From the NCBI GenBank assembly GCA_951406725.2, contig OX597817.1, positions 52,328,001-52,392,000 on the forward strand: a stretch of 64,000 nt of DNA. The letters are read 5' to 3'. How positions within the stretch are numbered: the first letter of the stretch is position 1; each line of letters starts with the position of its first letter. Positions 38,201-50,312 of this stretch are shown piece after piece. The notes below the pieces were generated by a model. It ran no database searches. It was not told where the DNA came from and worked only from the letters and a program-made list of their open reading frames with translations. The stretch comes from Octopus vulgaris. Lineage: Eukaryota. Made by a program: the position numbers and the translations under genes.

Positions 38201-41200
38201 GAATGAGCTTCTTAACCACATGACTATGTCTGGTTATGCTTAAAGTTTATGATAATGGAAAGGTCGTTTTATTTTGTCTTTAAGCTTAGCAATTTCAGCA
38301 ATCGAAAAAATCTAAACTATATTTGTTTTATTCACTGGATTGAGAGAAAAGGAAGCTAAAAAGAATAAGGATTAGTAAATGGTTTGTTTGCTAATGAAGT
38401 AATGGGAATGAAAGAGACTGGTTTTTAGTGAATATTTCTGGATTATATAAATAAATACATTTATTGTTTGTTAAAAAATGATGGTAGAAGAGAAATGAAC
38501 TGTATTTACAGAATGGATGTTTGGGACTGGATATATTTTTGTAGTGTACCAAGAATGAAGGAAAAGTAGGCCATGCAAATAGAATAGACTTCAGGGTCTG
38601 AGATTAAATGGAAATTTAGCACAAAAGATAGGAGGGGAAGAAACAAAATGGTAAAGATTGATTTACAGTGTTTCTTGAATGTTTTGGAATAAACACACAA
38701 ACAAAATAAAAGTAAACACAAAAACAACAACTAAAGACTCCAGTAGTAATGAAAACTATATATTTGTATTGGTATTTTTTGTGTATGTTTTTGTTTTGTA
38801 AAAAATGTTTTACAGTTGTTAGCTGTTACGTCCCCGTAACTTAGCAGTTCGGCAAAAAGAGACCGACAGAATAAGAACCAGGCTTACAAAGAATAAGTCC
38901 TGGGGTTGATTTGCTTGATTAAAGGCGGTGCTCCAGCATGGCCGCAGTCAAATGACTGAAACAAGTAAAAGAGTAAACTTAGAAGCCATGAATTAAGGCG
39001 GCAAGCTGGCAGAAATCTTAGTATGTCGGGCGAAATGCTTAGTGGTATTTCATCTGTCTTTATGTTCTGAGTTCAAGTTCCACCGAGGTCGACTTTGCCT
39101 TTCATCCTTTTGGGGCCAATAAATTAAGTACCACTTGCATACTGGGGTTGATTTAATCAACTAGTCCACACCCCAAGAGTTTCAGGCCTTGTGTGTAGAA
39201 AAGAATAAAGCTTTTGAACTATCTTTTTATTCATTACTTGTTTCAGTCAATAGACTGTGGCCATGCTGGGGCATTTCCTTAAAGAATTTTAGTTGAATGA
39301 ATCGGTTATTTTTTTTAAAGCTTGGTACTTATTCTATTGGTCTCTTTTGTTGAACTGCTTAGTGATGGGGATGTAAACACACCAACAAGGGTTGTCAAGT
39401 GGTGTTGAGGGACAAACACAGTCACAAATATAAATATGATGGGATTGTTTCAGTTTTATTGAGTTCAAATTCTGCCAAGGTCGACTTTGCCTTTCATCCT
39501 TTCGGGGTTGATAAATTAAGTACCAGTTACGCACTGGGGTCGATGTAATCGACTTAATCCGTTTGTCTGTCCTTGTTTGTCTTCTCTGTGTTTAGCCCCT
39601 TGTGGGCAGTAAAGAAATATATTGTGTGTGTGAATACTTGTATAATATTCAACATTCTAATTTTATCTTTTCTTCTGCCTCTTTTTTGTTTTTGTTTTGT
39701 TCTCATGTTTTTTTGTATTTCTTTTTATTTTTCAGTCTTTGTTTTTTTTTCTTTTGTATTTTATCTTTATTTTAATGTTGTACTTTTTTTTCTTGCTTTC
39801 TTATTTTTCTTCTCTCCTTCCCATTATCTATCTGCTGATCAATGTACAACAATGCCAAAATTCCATTCCTACAGATCACATCATGTCTTTCAGTTAATTA
39901 TGAATAGTATATATACACCACCAGAGAGTCTATTTTGAAAATCTGCTCATAAACATCCATTGCAGGTGGAAACCACTTTCTTCAAGAATTCTCTCTAGTT
40001 TCCTTTTATATTCTGTTTTGGAATTTGTATTGATTAGCAGTGAGGACCAATATTTGGAACTAACAAAATGTATGGATTCCATTGTAGTTTTGGAAATAAA
40101 TTATTGTTGCCACTGCTGTTTGTTTGTTTGTTGAGCGAGGTGGTCTTCGTATCAGAGCTCGCAAGATCGCGCCTCAGGAGAAGTCCAAAATGCGGTCCTT
40201 TGCTATTCGTAAGACCCGCAGAAGAGAAAGCAGGTTAACCCCTGACACTGAGAGCGTTGACGGATGGATGAATGCGTATCCAGGCTCAGTGGTTGCGTAG
40301 CAAGTTGGGGACAAGAAACAAGAAGAAAGAGTGAGAGAAAGTTGGGGCGAAAGAGTACAACAGGGGTCGCCACCACCCCCTGCCGGAGCCTTGTGGAGCT
40401 TTAGGTATTTTCGCTCAATAAACACACACAACGCCCGGTCTGGGAATCGAAACTGCGATCCTCTGACCGCGAGTCTGCTGCCCTAACCACTGGGCTATTG
40501 CGCCTCCACTGCCACTGCTGTTGTTATTCCAATCAGTTCTAAAAGATTTCATCATCTTGAATATTCGCTTTTCCATACTTGCGTGGGCCAGATGGAATCT
40601 GTTGGGGGAGGTTTTCTACAGCCTGTTGTCAACCCTAGTCGAACAAATTGGCCCCAGTTCTTTTTTTTTTTTGCTGGTAGCATGTAAAAGCACCCACTAC
40701 CACTCTTGGAGTGGTTGGCATTAGGAAGGGCATCGAGCTGTAGAAACTCTGCCAGATCAAGATTGGAGCCTGGTGCAGCCATCTGGTTTGCCAGTCCTCG
40801 GTCAATCATCCAACCCATGCTAGCATGGAAAGTGGACGTTAAACGATGATGATGATGATGATACTTATTCTATCGGTCTCTTTCGTGGAAATGCTAGGTT
40901 ATGAGGACATAAACACACCAACACTGGTTGGGAACATGCCTGTTGTTAACCCAGAGCTATAATTGAAGACATTTGTCTAAGATGCCCCTCAGTGGGACTG
41001 AACCCAAGACTACATGATTGGGAAGCACCTCACATACAAATATAGCAGACCCCTCTGACCAAATATGCCATCTTTGGTTTAATTCAGGACTACAAAACTA
41101 TGTTGGGCATTAATTCAAAACTGTTATTTCGCACCCGGTCAGCCTTATTTGAGCAGAACTAAGGTCGAAAGCTTTGAATCGGTGTTGTCTTTTATTCAAA

Positions 41201-41382
41201 CTTAGTAAATATAGGCGCAGGAGTGGGTGTGTGGTAAGTAGCTTGCTTACCAACCACATGGTTCTGGGTTCAGTCCCACTGCGTGGCACCTCGGGTGAGT
41301 GTCTTCTACTATAGGCTTGGGCTGACCAAAGCCTTGTAAGTGGATTTGGTAGACAGAAACTGAAAGAAGCCCGTCGTGTGTG

Positions 41383-41416
<34 letters not shown>

Positions 41417-42130
41417 TATATATGTCTGTGTGCTTGTCTTTGCCCCCCACCCCCACAACATTGCTTGACAACCAATGCTGGTGTTTATGTCCCTGTAACT
41501 TATCGATTTGGCAAAAGAGACTGATAGAATAAGTACTAGGCTTACAAAGGATAAGTCCTGGGGTTGATTTGCTTGGCTAAAAGGTGGTGCTCCAGCATGG
41601 CTGCAGTCAAATGACTGAAACGAGTAAAAAAAAAAATGGTTTTTAAAAATAAAGGATTTACAATATCCTGTTTCTAACTCCTACCTTTTTCCCAGCAAGG
41701 TAGTACCCCCCCCCCCCCAATGAACAGACAGGTATTTCTTGGAAAACTGAAAACCAGACTACATTTCTTTGTATAAGGATGACAATTGCTTACAGGCATC
41801 CTACAGTGTTCAGACATAGATGTGTGCGTGCACGCACACACACACATACATGCAAATGTGTGCATGCACACACAAGTGCACAGATGCACATGCGTGCATG
41901 TGCACAAAGGTCTTTTGGTTTGTCTCTACCAAATCCAAATCCAAACCCTGGGCTACACTAGTCTCTTACCTAAGGTGGGACTGAACCTTAAACTAATTGT
42001 TTGTGAAGCAAGTTTCTTAACCATACAACCTAAGCTGTTTTTTTTCTTCTTTATTTTCCATCCTGATTTTCACCTTACATAAATGCGATGTTGGTATATT
42101 TATGCATTTTTTCTTTTTTTTTTCATTCAG

Positions 42131-42160
42131 GAGGGCCTGGCATGAACCCCCAAATTTCTG
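42131..42160 (+). CDS. AGO2: Argonaute microexon 2 (30 nt; GGPGMNPQIS)
   Basis: Long poly-T tract plus cattcAG acceptor, donor TG|GTAAGT, phase 1-1, Gly/Pro-rich peptide matching the flanking exons. Confidence 0.7.
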
Positions 42161-42247
42161 GTAAGTTGATGTCTATTTTAAAATAGTTTTAACCCTTTGC
42201 CTGTTCAAAGCGTTTTCATATGTTTGTTGTAAACATCCATGCTTGTA

Positions 42248-42534
42248 CAGTTCTGTATTTAAGAGATGAGGAATTATGTACATTATTTACATTTGACAGA
42301 TATTTGTCCTCATCTTGTTTGTTGTTAACACAACGTTTCGGCTGATATACCCTCCATCAGGTGTCTTTTGAACCTGGGCTCTCATTCCTAAGGTATTTGC
42401 CGAAGACATCTCATGAAGGCTGGAGGGTATATCAGCCAAAACGTGTTAACAACAAACAAGATGAGGACAAATATCCATCAAATGTAAATAATGTAAATAT
42501 GTACATAATTTCTCATCTCTTAAATGTAGAACTG
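42248..42534. mobile_element. Fold-back (inverted) pair of Penelope-like terminal segments, each with a decayed hammerhead
   Basis: 42248-42365 is largely the reverse complement of about 42405-42534. Left core has lost 7 nt (AAGGCTG); right core reads CTCATGA...AAAA. Confidence 0.75.
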
Positions 42535-43536
42535 TTAACATAAAGGCGCATGGCTCGGTGGTTAGAGCGTTGAGCTTATGATTGTGAGGTTGTGAGTTCG
42601 ATTCCTGGACCGGGTTGCGTGTTGTGTTCTTGAGCAAGACACTTTATTTCATGTTGCTCCAGTTCACTCAGCTGTAGAAATGAGTTGCGACATCACTGGT
42701 GCCAAGCTGTATCGGCCTTTCCCTTGGATAACATCGGTGGCATGGAGAGGGAAGGCTGGTATGCATGGGTGACTTCTGGTATGCATGGGTGACTTCCATA
42801 AAAACCTTGCCCAGACTTGTGCCTCGGAGGGTAACTTTCTCGGTGCAATCCCATGATCATTCATGATTGAAGGGGGTCTCCTCCTCCAGAGCTTATGGAA
42901 GTGCATGTGAGAATGGATTCTGTTGAACAAATGCGTCAAATTTTTTAAGTCGAGTTTCAGGGTAAAGGCTTACTAGCAAAGAGAGCAATACAAATATTAG
43001 TTCAGAAGTGGTGTGCTACATGGTTAGTGCACAACACCTCGAAACAGAGACACTACAGTTTGAATGCCGGAAGTTATTCAGGACTTTTGCCAAAGGATTA
43101 CTCAAAGTCTAAAGAAGCCGACACTTAAATTGGTGCTGCAGTCTCACATAAGCAGGAGGTCAAGCCAACAAGTGTTAAAATGTCTAAAGTTGAAGCCATA
43201 TTATTTCACATGTGTATAACAATTAAAAGTGGATGACAAGAGCAAGTGAGTAAATTACTACATATGGCCTCTGAATAACCGCTATAAGCAGTCGAAATAA
43301 CATAGTGATACTTGAAAACAAAGTACTTTGGGTACTTTGCTGTGTGTGTAAGAGAGATGGAAGGAATACTATTTACTACATAGAGAAAGACTGGCACAGC
43401 TGAGGGAATAATGTACCCACTGGACATTAACGTCTAGTGATTGTTTTTTTTTTTTTTTAGTGCTTCAACTAGGGAGACAGTTTACAGCAGTCGCTTTGTG
43501 GACTGCAGCTAATATGGCAAACTATTGATGTGCCAT

Positions 43537-43843
43537 GTGGAGGCACATGGCCTAGTGGTTAGAGCAGTGGACTCGCAATCGAAGGATCATGGGTTTGAAT
43601 CTCAGACCGGGTGATGTGTGTGTTTATGAGCGAAAACGTCTAAGCTCCACACACCACTGGCAGGAGGTAATGGCGAATTTCTGACTCTTTCGCCACAACT
43701 TTCTCTCACTCTTTCCTCCTGCACCTTGCGGCTCACCTGCAACGACCGGCATCCTGTCCAGGTGGGAACATATACACCAATGAAACCGGGAAACCGGCCC
43801 ATATGAGCCAGGCATGGCTTGAGAAGGAACAAACAACAACAAA
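43537..43843 (+). mobile_element. tRNA-derived SINE family C with (AAC)n tail; related copies at 40118-40509 (-) and 1821-2058 (-)
   Basis: A box TGGCCTAGTGG and B-box-like GGTTTGAATCTC; body ...CTAAGCTCCAC...CAACTTTCTCTCACTCTTTC shared among copies. Confidence 0.75.
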
Positions 43844-45294
43844 CATTGATGTTTCATTAGTCGAATTCAAATTTTGCTAATCCTTTACCTTTCATCATTC
43901 TTAAAAGTAAAAAAAAAAAAAAAAAAAGGGTATCAATCTGGGTGATGGATTAGCAGACCTGAAACAATGTCACATTCGATACCTAGTGGCAGAAACGTTA
44001 GCACACCGGGTGAAATGTATAGCTGTATTTCGTCTGCCGCTATGTTCTGAGTTCAAATTCTGCCGAGGTCGACTTAGCCTCTCATCCTTTCGGGGTCGAT
44101 AAATTAAGTACCAGTTACGCACTGGGGTCGATGTAATTGACTTAATCAGTTTGTCTGTCCTTGTTTGTTCCCGCTGTGTTTAGCCCCTTGTGGGTAGTAA
44201 AGAAATAGGTATTTGTGCTGGTTCTTTACTTTCTGAGTTAAAATCCCACCATAGTTGTCAGGTCATTTATGAGGCACTCTTGTGAGTGCTACTGATAACA
44301 TGGAATCCATTACAACCTGTTGCATGCTTGGGTCATTGGCAACTAAACCAGTGCCCTGACTAGCCTTCCCTGGTGAGGTGGGTTGCTAGAAATCCAGCTA
44401 AACTGAAAGCAAGACCTATCAAATGAATCTAGTGTAGGTTCAATGACCATCTGGTAATAGCACGGGCCCTTGGAAATTCTAGGTCAGTGGCTATCATGTT
44501 GGAAGACCACTGGCAGTGAGGCTCCCCTTATCTTTTGTTAAAACATGTCTCTAGAACCAGTTTGAAGCCCAGGCTGTGTCTGTTCTGATTATTGGTAGTG
44601 ATTTGGTCAGTGTATCCTCTATGACAGTCGATGGCAAGATGAGCTGCAATGAATTTCACCATCTTAGTGTATGCATGTGACCGGGGACCACATGTGAAGA
44701 ATTCCTACTGAAACTTCAAACATGAGCTCAACAGCAATTGATTTAGATGTGGCCAGCATTTGTGAGGGACATGGTGAACTAGTTGGTCGGAGCTGGCTCA
44801 ACCCATTAATTAGTGTTCCTTGGTTGTCACTCAATTCGATGACACTTGCTCTCTTGAGATATTGGCTATTGCCGTGCCATGTCTTTTATCTAATTCAACA
44901 AGGCTATTTTGAATTGTTGTTTAAAAGTCTTGTAGCTTAGGTTTATTATAACTTGCTACACGGGTGACAGAAAATTGATGTAAAATGGTACAGTTTGAAA
45001 TAACACCTTCATAATCTTCTGTTTTGTGATCTTTATATTTTATATCTTTCGTTGTGAGGAGATACGGGGTCTGCTAGGACTTGGGGCTATATACACAGTC
45101 ACAGCAATTTGTTTTGTCTAGGAATTTACACTTGGTGATATCAAGGGTTAAAATTCATTTTCCATTTCAAACACTTAACCATTGAACAAATTCGGGAAGA
45201 GGAATTTGATCTTTTGTTTGAATAATAATGATAATTATAATAATAATAATAGTAATAATAAGAGAGTATTGTAGTTCGCTTGAAGCATTGTGTA

Positions 45295-46011
45295 TTGTTT
45301 GTAAAGAATAAAAAGTTTCGAATGGTACAACAATGCACTATAATACAGACAATGGACTATATACCTATTGTAATTTAGTCATCCATACTCTTTTACTTGT
45401 TTCAGTCATTTGACTGCGGCCATGCTGGAGCACCGCCTTTAGTCAAGCAAATCGACCCCAGGCTTATTCTTTGTAAGCCTAGTATTTATTCTATCGGTGT
45501 CTTTTGCCGAACCGCTAAGTTATGGGGACGTAAACACACCAGCATCGGTTGTCAAGCGATGTTGGGGGAACAAACACACACATATAGTTTCCGTTTACCA
45601 AATCCACTCACAAGGCTTTGATCGGCTCTAGGCTATAGTAGAAGACACTTGCCCAAGGTGCCATGCAGTGGGACTGAATCTGGAACTATGTGGTTGGTAA
45701 GCAAGCTACTTACCATACAGCCTCTCCTGCGCCTAGTCTGATAATATTTTAGAATAAAATTTCTTCTTCAGATATTCTTAGACAGTCGCTGCTATGATCG
45801 GTTTTCCAACGGCTTTTTTTTTTTCGGAAGCCTCTCAGCAGTGGTCTTACTAAGCTCCTCCTGGAATTCCTCATGAGAAGTGCGTAAGGTTGGCCATGTC
45901 TTAATCTCATGTGTGCTGGTGCATCCGTAGCTCTGCTTCTAAGTTATGTATTATATGTGAGCCCATTGTTTGTCTTACAGTGCATTGTTGTACCATTCAA
46001 AACTTTTTATT
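45295..46011. mobile_element. Repeat with ~50-bp terminal inverted arms (45307-45356 / 45962-46011), split by a family-B SINE; partial second copy at about 47385-47560
   Basis: Arm AATAAAAAGTTTCGAATGGTACAACAATGCACTATAATACAGACAATGG and its reverse complement. Sequence on either side of the SINE is contiguous in the 47.4-kb copy. Confidence 0.7.
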
Positions 46012-46065
46012 AATAGTAATGATAATAATAATATTAATAATAAATTTTTCCTCTCTTTTTTTCAG

Positions 46066-46245
46066 GTGGGCTACAGCCAGGCGGAATGCCCCCAAGTGGG
46101 ATTCCACCTGGCGGACTGCCTCCAGGTGGACTGCCTCCAGGTGGACTGCCTCCAGGTGGATTGCCTCCAGGTGGAATGCCTCCAGGTGGACTTCCACCTG
46201 GTGGACTACCACAAGGCGGGCCGCCACCTGGCGGACTTTCCTCAG
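46066..46245 (+). CDS. AGO2: Argonaute exon 3 (180 nt), Gly-Pro repeat: GGLQPGGMPPSGIPPGGLPPGGLPPGGLPPGGLPPGGMPPGGLPPGGLPQGGPPPGGLSS
   Basis: Acceptor ctctctttttttcAG, donor CAG|GTATGA, phase 1-1. GC-rich island in AT-rich DNA; 15-nt repeat with mostly third-position variation. Confidence 0.85.
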
Positions 46246-46825
46246 GTATGACCTTTTTAACATTCTTCCACCAAGTGACCCTCCTAAAAGTAAACCGATT
46301 CATCCAGGTTATTCCTGTTTCAAGAGACCCCTATATTATTCAGTCCCTGTCTTTTCTAGCTTTTCTCTGTCAAATATTTATCTACTAGTATCAAAACAGC
46401 TCGTTAACATTTGCTTCATCCAGTGATTCATATCTGAATCAATGAATATTCACATCGCTGAGGTTGACTTTGCCTTTCATCCTTTCGAGTTGCATACTGG
46501 GGTCGATCTAATCGACTGGGCCTCCTCCCCCAAAATTCCAGGCCTTGTGCCTAGAGTAGAAAAAACAGTTAAGAAAATAGAGAGATAATTAATAAATAAT
46601 AATTTATTAAAATGTGTCAATTTTTTAATTAGTAAATAATAATTTATTAATCATCTCTCTAGTTTCTTATCTTATTGTAATAAATAAATATATATAAACC
46701 ATGGTTTATATAGTTACTTTGCAGTTGAGTATTAACTGTAATGTTCAACATTCTTTGTATTGGTAACTAACCAGTACTTTCATAGGATTTTGCTATCCCT
46801 TAATAAGGTTTGTAACCTTTATTTG

Positions 46826-46856
<31 letters not shown>

Positions 46857-46860
<4 letters not shown>

Positions 46861-47181
46861 AGGTGCATGGCTCAGTGGTTAGAACGTTGAGCTTACGATC
46901 GTGAGTGAGGTTGTGAGCTCGAATCCTGGACCGGGCTGCGTGTTGTGTTCTTGAGCAAGACACTTTATTTCATGTTGCTCCTGTTCACTCAACTGTAGAA
47001 ATGAGTTGCGACATCACAGGTGCCAAGCTGTATCGGCCGTTGCCTTTCCCTTGGATAACACTGGTGGCGTAGAGAGGGAAGGCCGGTATGCATGGGCAAC
47101 TGCTGGTCTTCCATAAAACAACCTTGCTCGGAATTGTACCTGGAAGGGTAACTTTCTAGGTGCAATCTCATGGTCTGTGTC

Positions 47182-47182
<1 letters not shown>
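46857..47182 (+). mobile_element. tRNA-derived SINE family D (V-domain-like CTTGAGCAAGACACTT); second copy at 42543-42880
   Basis: A box TGGCTCAGTGG, B-box-like GAG(T/C)TCGA(A/T)TCC; the two copies are collinear. Confidence 0.75.
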
Positions 47183-47219
<37 letters not shown>

Positions 47220-48677
47220 TAGTGTACAGAATAATAATAATATTACTAGTGTAATAATAATACTAGTGTACAGAATAATAATAATATTAGCCAAAAGAAA
47301 TGAAGTAATCGTTCTTTAGTTTATTTAATATATAAATATAGAAAGTCTTCAAATTTTCTAAGGGAATGAAATAAAATATAGTATTTTGTAAAGAATAAAA
47401 AGTTTGGAATGGTACAACAATGCACTATAATACAAACAATGGGATATATACCTGTTGTAATTTAACCACCCATAGTCTGATATGATATTTCAGAATAAAA
47501 TTCCTTCTTCAGATATTCTTAGATGGAGTTGCTGCTATAATCGGATTTCTAATGGCTTTTCTTTTTATTAATTCCATTTCCTTAGAAAATTTGAAGACTT
47601 TCTGCTTCATTTATTTCCTTTGTCAAATGCATATTGGTAAGGAAAACTGATTTTAATGAACAAATTGAATGTGTGAAGGAAACAGAATCAGGTACAGGTT
47701 ATTCATGCTTTGAGAGTGATGTCATGACAACAGATAGTTAGATCTGGATATATGGTGTCCTGTTAAGATAGCATCATCATCATCGTTTAACATCTGCTTT
47801 CCATGCTAGCATGGTTTGGACGATTTTGACTGGGGGCTGGTGAACCAGATGGCCTGCACCAGGTTCCAATCCTGATCTGGCAGAGTTTCTACAGCTGGAT
47901 GCCCTTTCTAACGCCAACCACTCTGAGAGTGTAGTGGGTGCTTTTTACGTGCCACCGGCATGGGGGCCAGTCGGGCGGTACTGGCAACGACCTCACTCAA
48001 ATCTTTTTACTAATACCACCGGCACAGGTGCCAGTAAGGCGACATTGGTAGCGATCACGGAAGCCAGTTGGCTGCTCTAGCAACGATCACACTCGGATGG
48101 TGCTCTTGGTACCCTACTAGCACGGACACAAGTGCCAGTAAGGTGACGCTGGTAATGATCACACTTGAATGGTGCCTTTTATGTGCCACAATTAAATATT
48201 TAATTGATGATTGAATTGCTTATGTTTGATCCACTGCAGGACGGAAGCGTCGGCATGTTCTCTCCACCAGCCACAGTTGGATGTGGAAGCAGTTAATTTA
48301 AGTTTGTGATCATACTGGTTTGGTCATTCTTCTCTGCTACAATGGCTTAAGACATGGCTTGGCAGAGAGGTGCAGTTTTTACACTCTTACCGTAGAGTAC
48401 TTGAGTCTATGTTTAGCCCCCTGTGGGCGATAAAGAAATAAATTACATCAAGCTCAGTGCACAACTGGTACTTATTTTATCAACCCTGGAAGTTGAAATT
48501 TAAACTCAGAACATAACGATGAACAAAATGCTACTAAACATTTCCTGTGACATGCTAACAGTTGTCAGCTCGCTGCCTTATTGATGATTGTTAACTAATT
48601 ATTTTGCTCTCTAGTTTGTAAACTGCAAAATTACATATCTAGTTGTATATTTCATGCAATGTTTGAGAATTATGTAA

Positions 48678-49070
48678 TAGGCGCAGGAGTGGCTGTGTGG
48701 TAAGTAGCTTGTTTACCAACCACATGGTTCCGGGTTCAGTCCCACTGTGTGGCACCATGGGCAAGTGTCTTCTACTATAGCCTTGGGCCGACCAAAGCCT
48801 TGTGAGTGGATTTGGTTGACGGAAACTGAAAGAAGCCCGTCGTATATATATGTGTGTTTGTGTGTGTCTGTGTTTGTCCCCCTAGCATTGCTTGACAGCC
48901 GATGCTGGTGTGTTTATGTCCCTGTTACTTAGCGGTTCGGCAAAAGAGACCGATAGAATAAGTTCTGGACTTACAAAAAGAATAAGTCCCGGGTTCGAGT
49001 GGCTCGATTAAAGACGGTGCCCCAGCATGGCCGTAGTCAAATGACTGAAACAAGTAAAAGAGTAAAGAGT
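48678..49070 (+). mobile_element. tRNA-derived SINE family B (CORE-like CCTTGGGCAAGT, internal (TG)n). Other copies (approx.): 18340-18716, 20359-20790, 21885-22225, 27332-27760, 31170-31520, 41212-41630, 45387-45735, 56906-57309
   Basis: Head AGGCGCAGGAGTGGCTGTGTGGTAAG with B-box-like GGTTCAGTCCC; tail GACTGAAACAAGTAAAAGAGTA. Confidence 0.85.
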
Positions 49071-49085
49071 ATGACACTTTTCTTT

Positions 49086-50290
49086 TATCAAAAATTGCCA
49101 AGAAAGCTGAGGGTGTCTTGGCATCACTCACCAAGTCCTTTGTGAGCCACTCTCCGGCTATCTATCTGTGGCTTTATATAGCTATGGTACGACCTCACCT
49201 GGAATTTGCATCACTGGTCTGGAACCCCTATCTTGCCCAGGATATTAATTGTCTGGAAGCCGTTCAGCGACGTGCAACCAAGAGAATACCCTCCATCAGG
49301 CATTTGCCATATTCTGAATGCCTTACTTCCCTGGGCATGGACACATTGAAACTCCGACGTGTGGCAGACACCCATAAAATTATTAACCATCTTACAAACA
49401 ATAACTCTGAGCACCTTTTCAAACTCCACCTGTCTAACACCCGTGGACATGTTTACAAAGTCAGAAAACAGCACAGCTCCCATGACTTTCGGAAACATTT
49501 TTTCACGCTAAGAGTTGCTGAAGCATGGAACAGACTGCCGGCATCAGTTGTTAGTTGTCGGAGCACTGCATCCTTCAAAACTTCCATGCTTCCTGAGATT
49601 CACCAACACTACACCTGATTTTTCTCCCCTCCTTACACATGCAAGCATGTATCTGACTCATACACTGTTCACTTCCCAGACATTTGTACTCTAGCAGCAT
49701 AGCCCGGCATTGCCCGGGTATGTAAGAGCCCCTGGAGCAGACATGATGCTCGCTGTGAATTTTAAAAAAATTCCTGCCAATTTGTGAAAGATATTGTCGA
49801 AAATATGTCATCTTGAATTTGAACGCGATTTCCCAAAATGGCATGGTTTTATCGATTTTTTTCTGATGGTAAGGTATTGCATGGAACACTAACATCAGAA
49901 TTAAGTTTCTTAGGGTAACACTAAGCTTCACAATGAGTTTGGTGAAAATTGATTGCAAGTTGCGAAAACTACAACAGAAAATGTGTTGCATATAAAAAGC
50001 TTAGATTCTCGACCCCCATGTCGAATTTATCGATTTTTTTCAGAACTGGGGGAACTTTTCAAAATTTTCGCTGCGTTAGTTTTGAATTATGACATTGGGC
50101 TATGTGTGTGTCAAGTTTCATCAGAATCGGTTGAAAGCCGTGGTTAGGGTGAGGGTACAACATGACAGACACACAGACAGACAAACTGCCGTTTATATAG
50201 AGAGAGATTACTGCATATGCTTTATATGCACTTTTGACAAGTTGTGGTGCACCTGAGCACTGTATACAATAATTTCATTGTTATTATTAT
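49086..50290 (+). mobile_element. CR1-like LINE 3' fragment (ORF remnant 49118-49618, 3'UTR, (TTA)n tail) interrupted by a nested element
   Basis: LYIAMVRPHLEFASLVWNP...LEAVQRRATK...TRGHVYK...RKHFFTLRVAEAWNRLP is the canonical CR1 ORF2 C-terminus. Confidence 0.9.
49688..50208 (+). mobile_element. Helitron-like non-autonomous element nested in the CR1 3'UTR
   Basis: 5' CTAG...CCCGGcattgCCCGGG hairpin, (ACAG)n near the end, 3' TTTATATAGAGAGAT; CpG-rich relative to its surroundings. Confidence 0.55.
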
Positions 50291-50312
50291 AAAATTTCTG
50301 TTTTGGTTTCAG

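Noticed and set aside
45911-46426. Alternative-frame and antisense ORFs over the Gly-Pro exon as independent genes
   Set aside because: Openness follows from the 15-nt GC-rich repeat; splice phase and synonymous variation select the GGLPP frame.
48240-48300. Candidate exon after ...ccactgcAG
   Set aside because: Weak pyrimidine tract, the two frames examined stop within about 60 nt, and there is no good donor.
49118-49618. 166-aa ORF as a host gene
   Set aside because: It is the C-terminal remnant of a CR1 ORF2, with no RT core and no real start codon.
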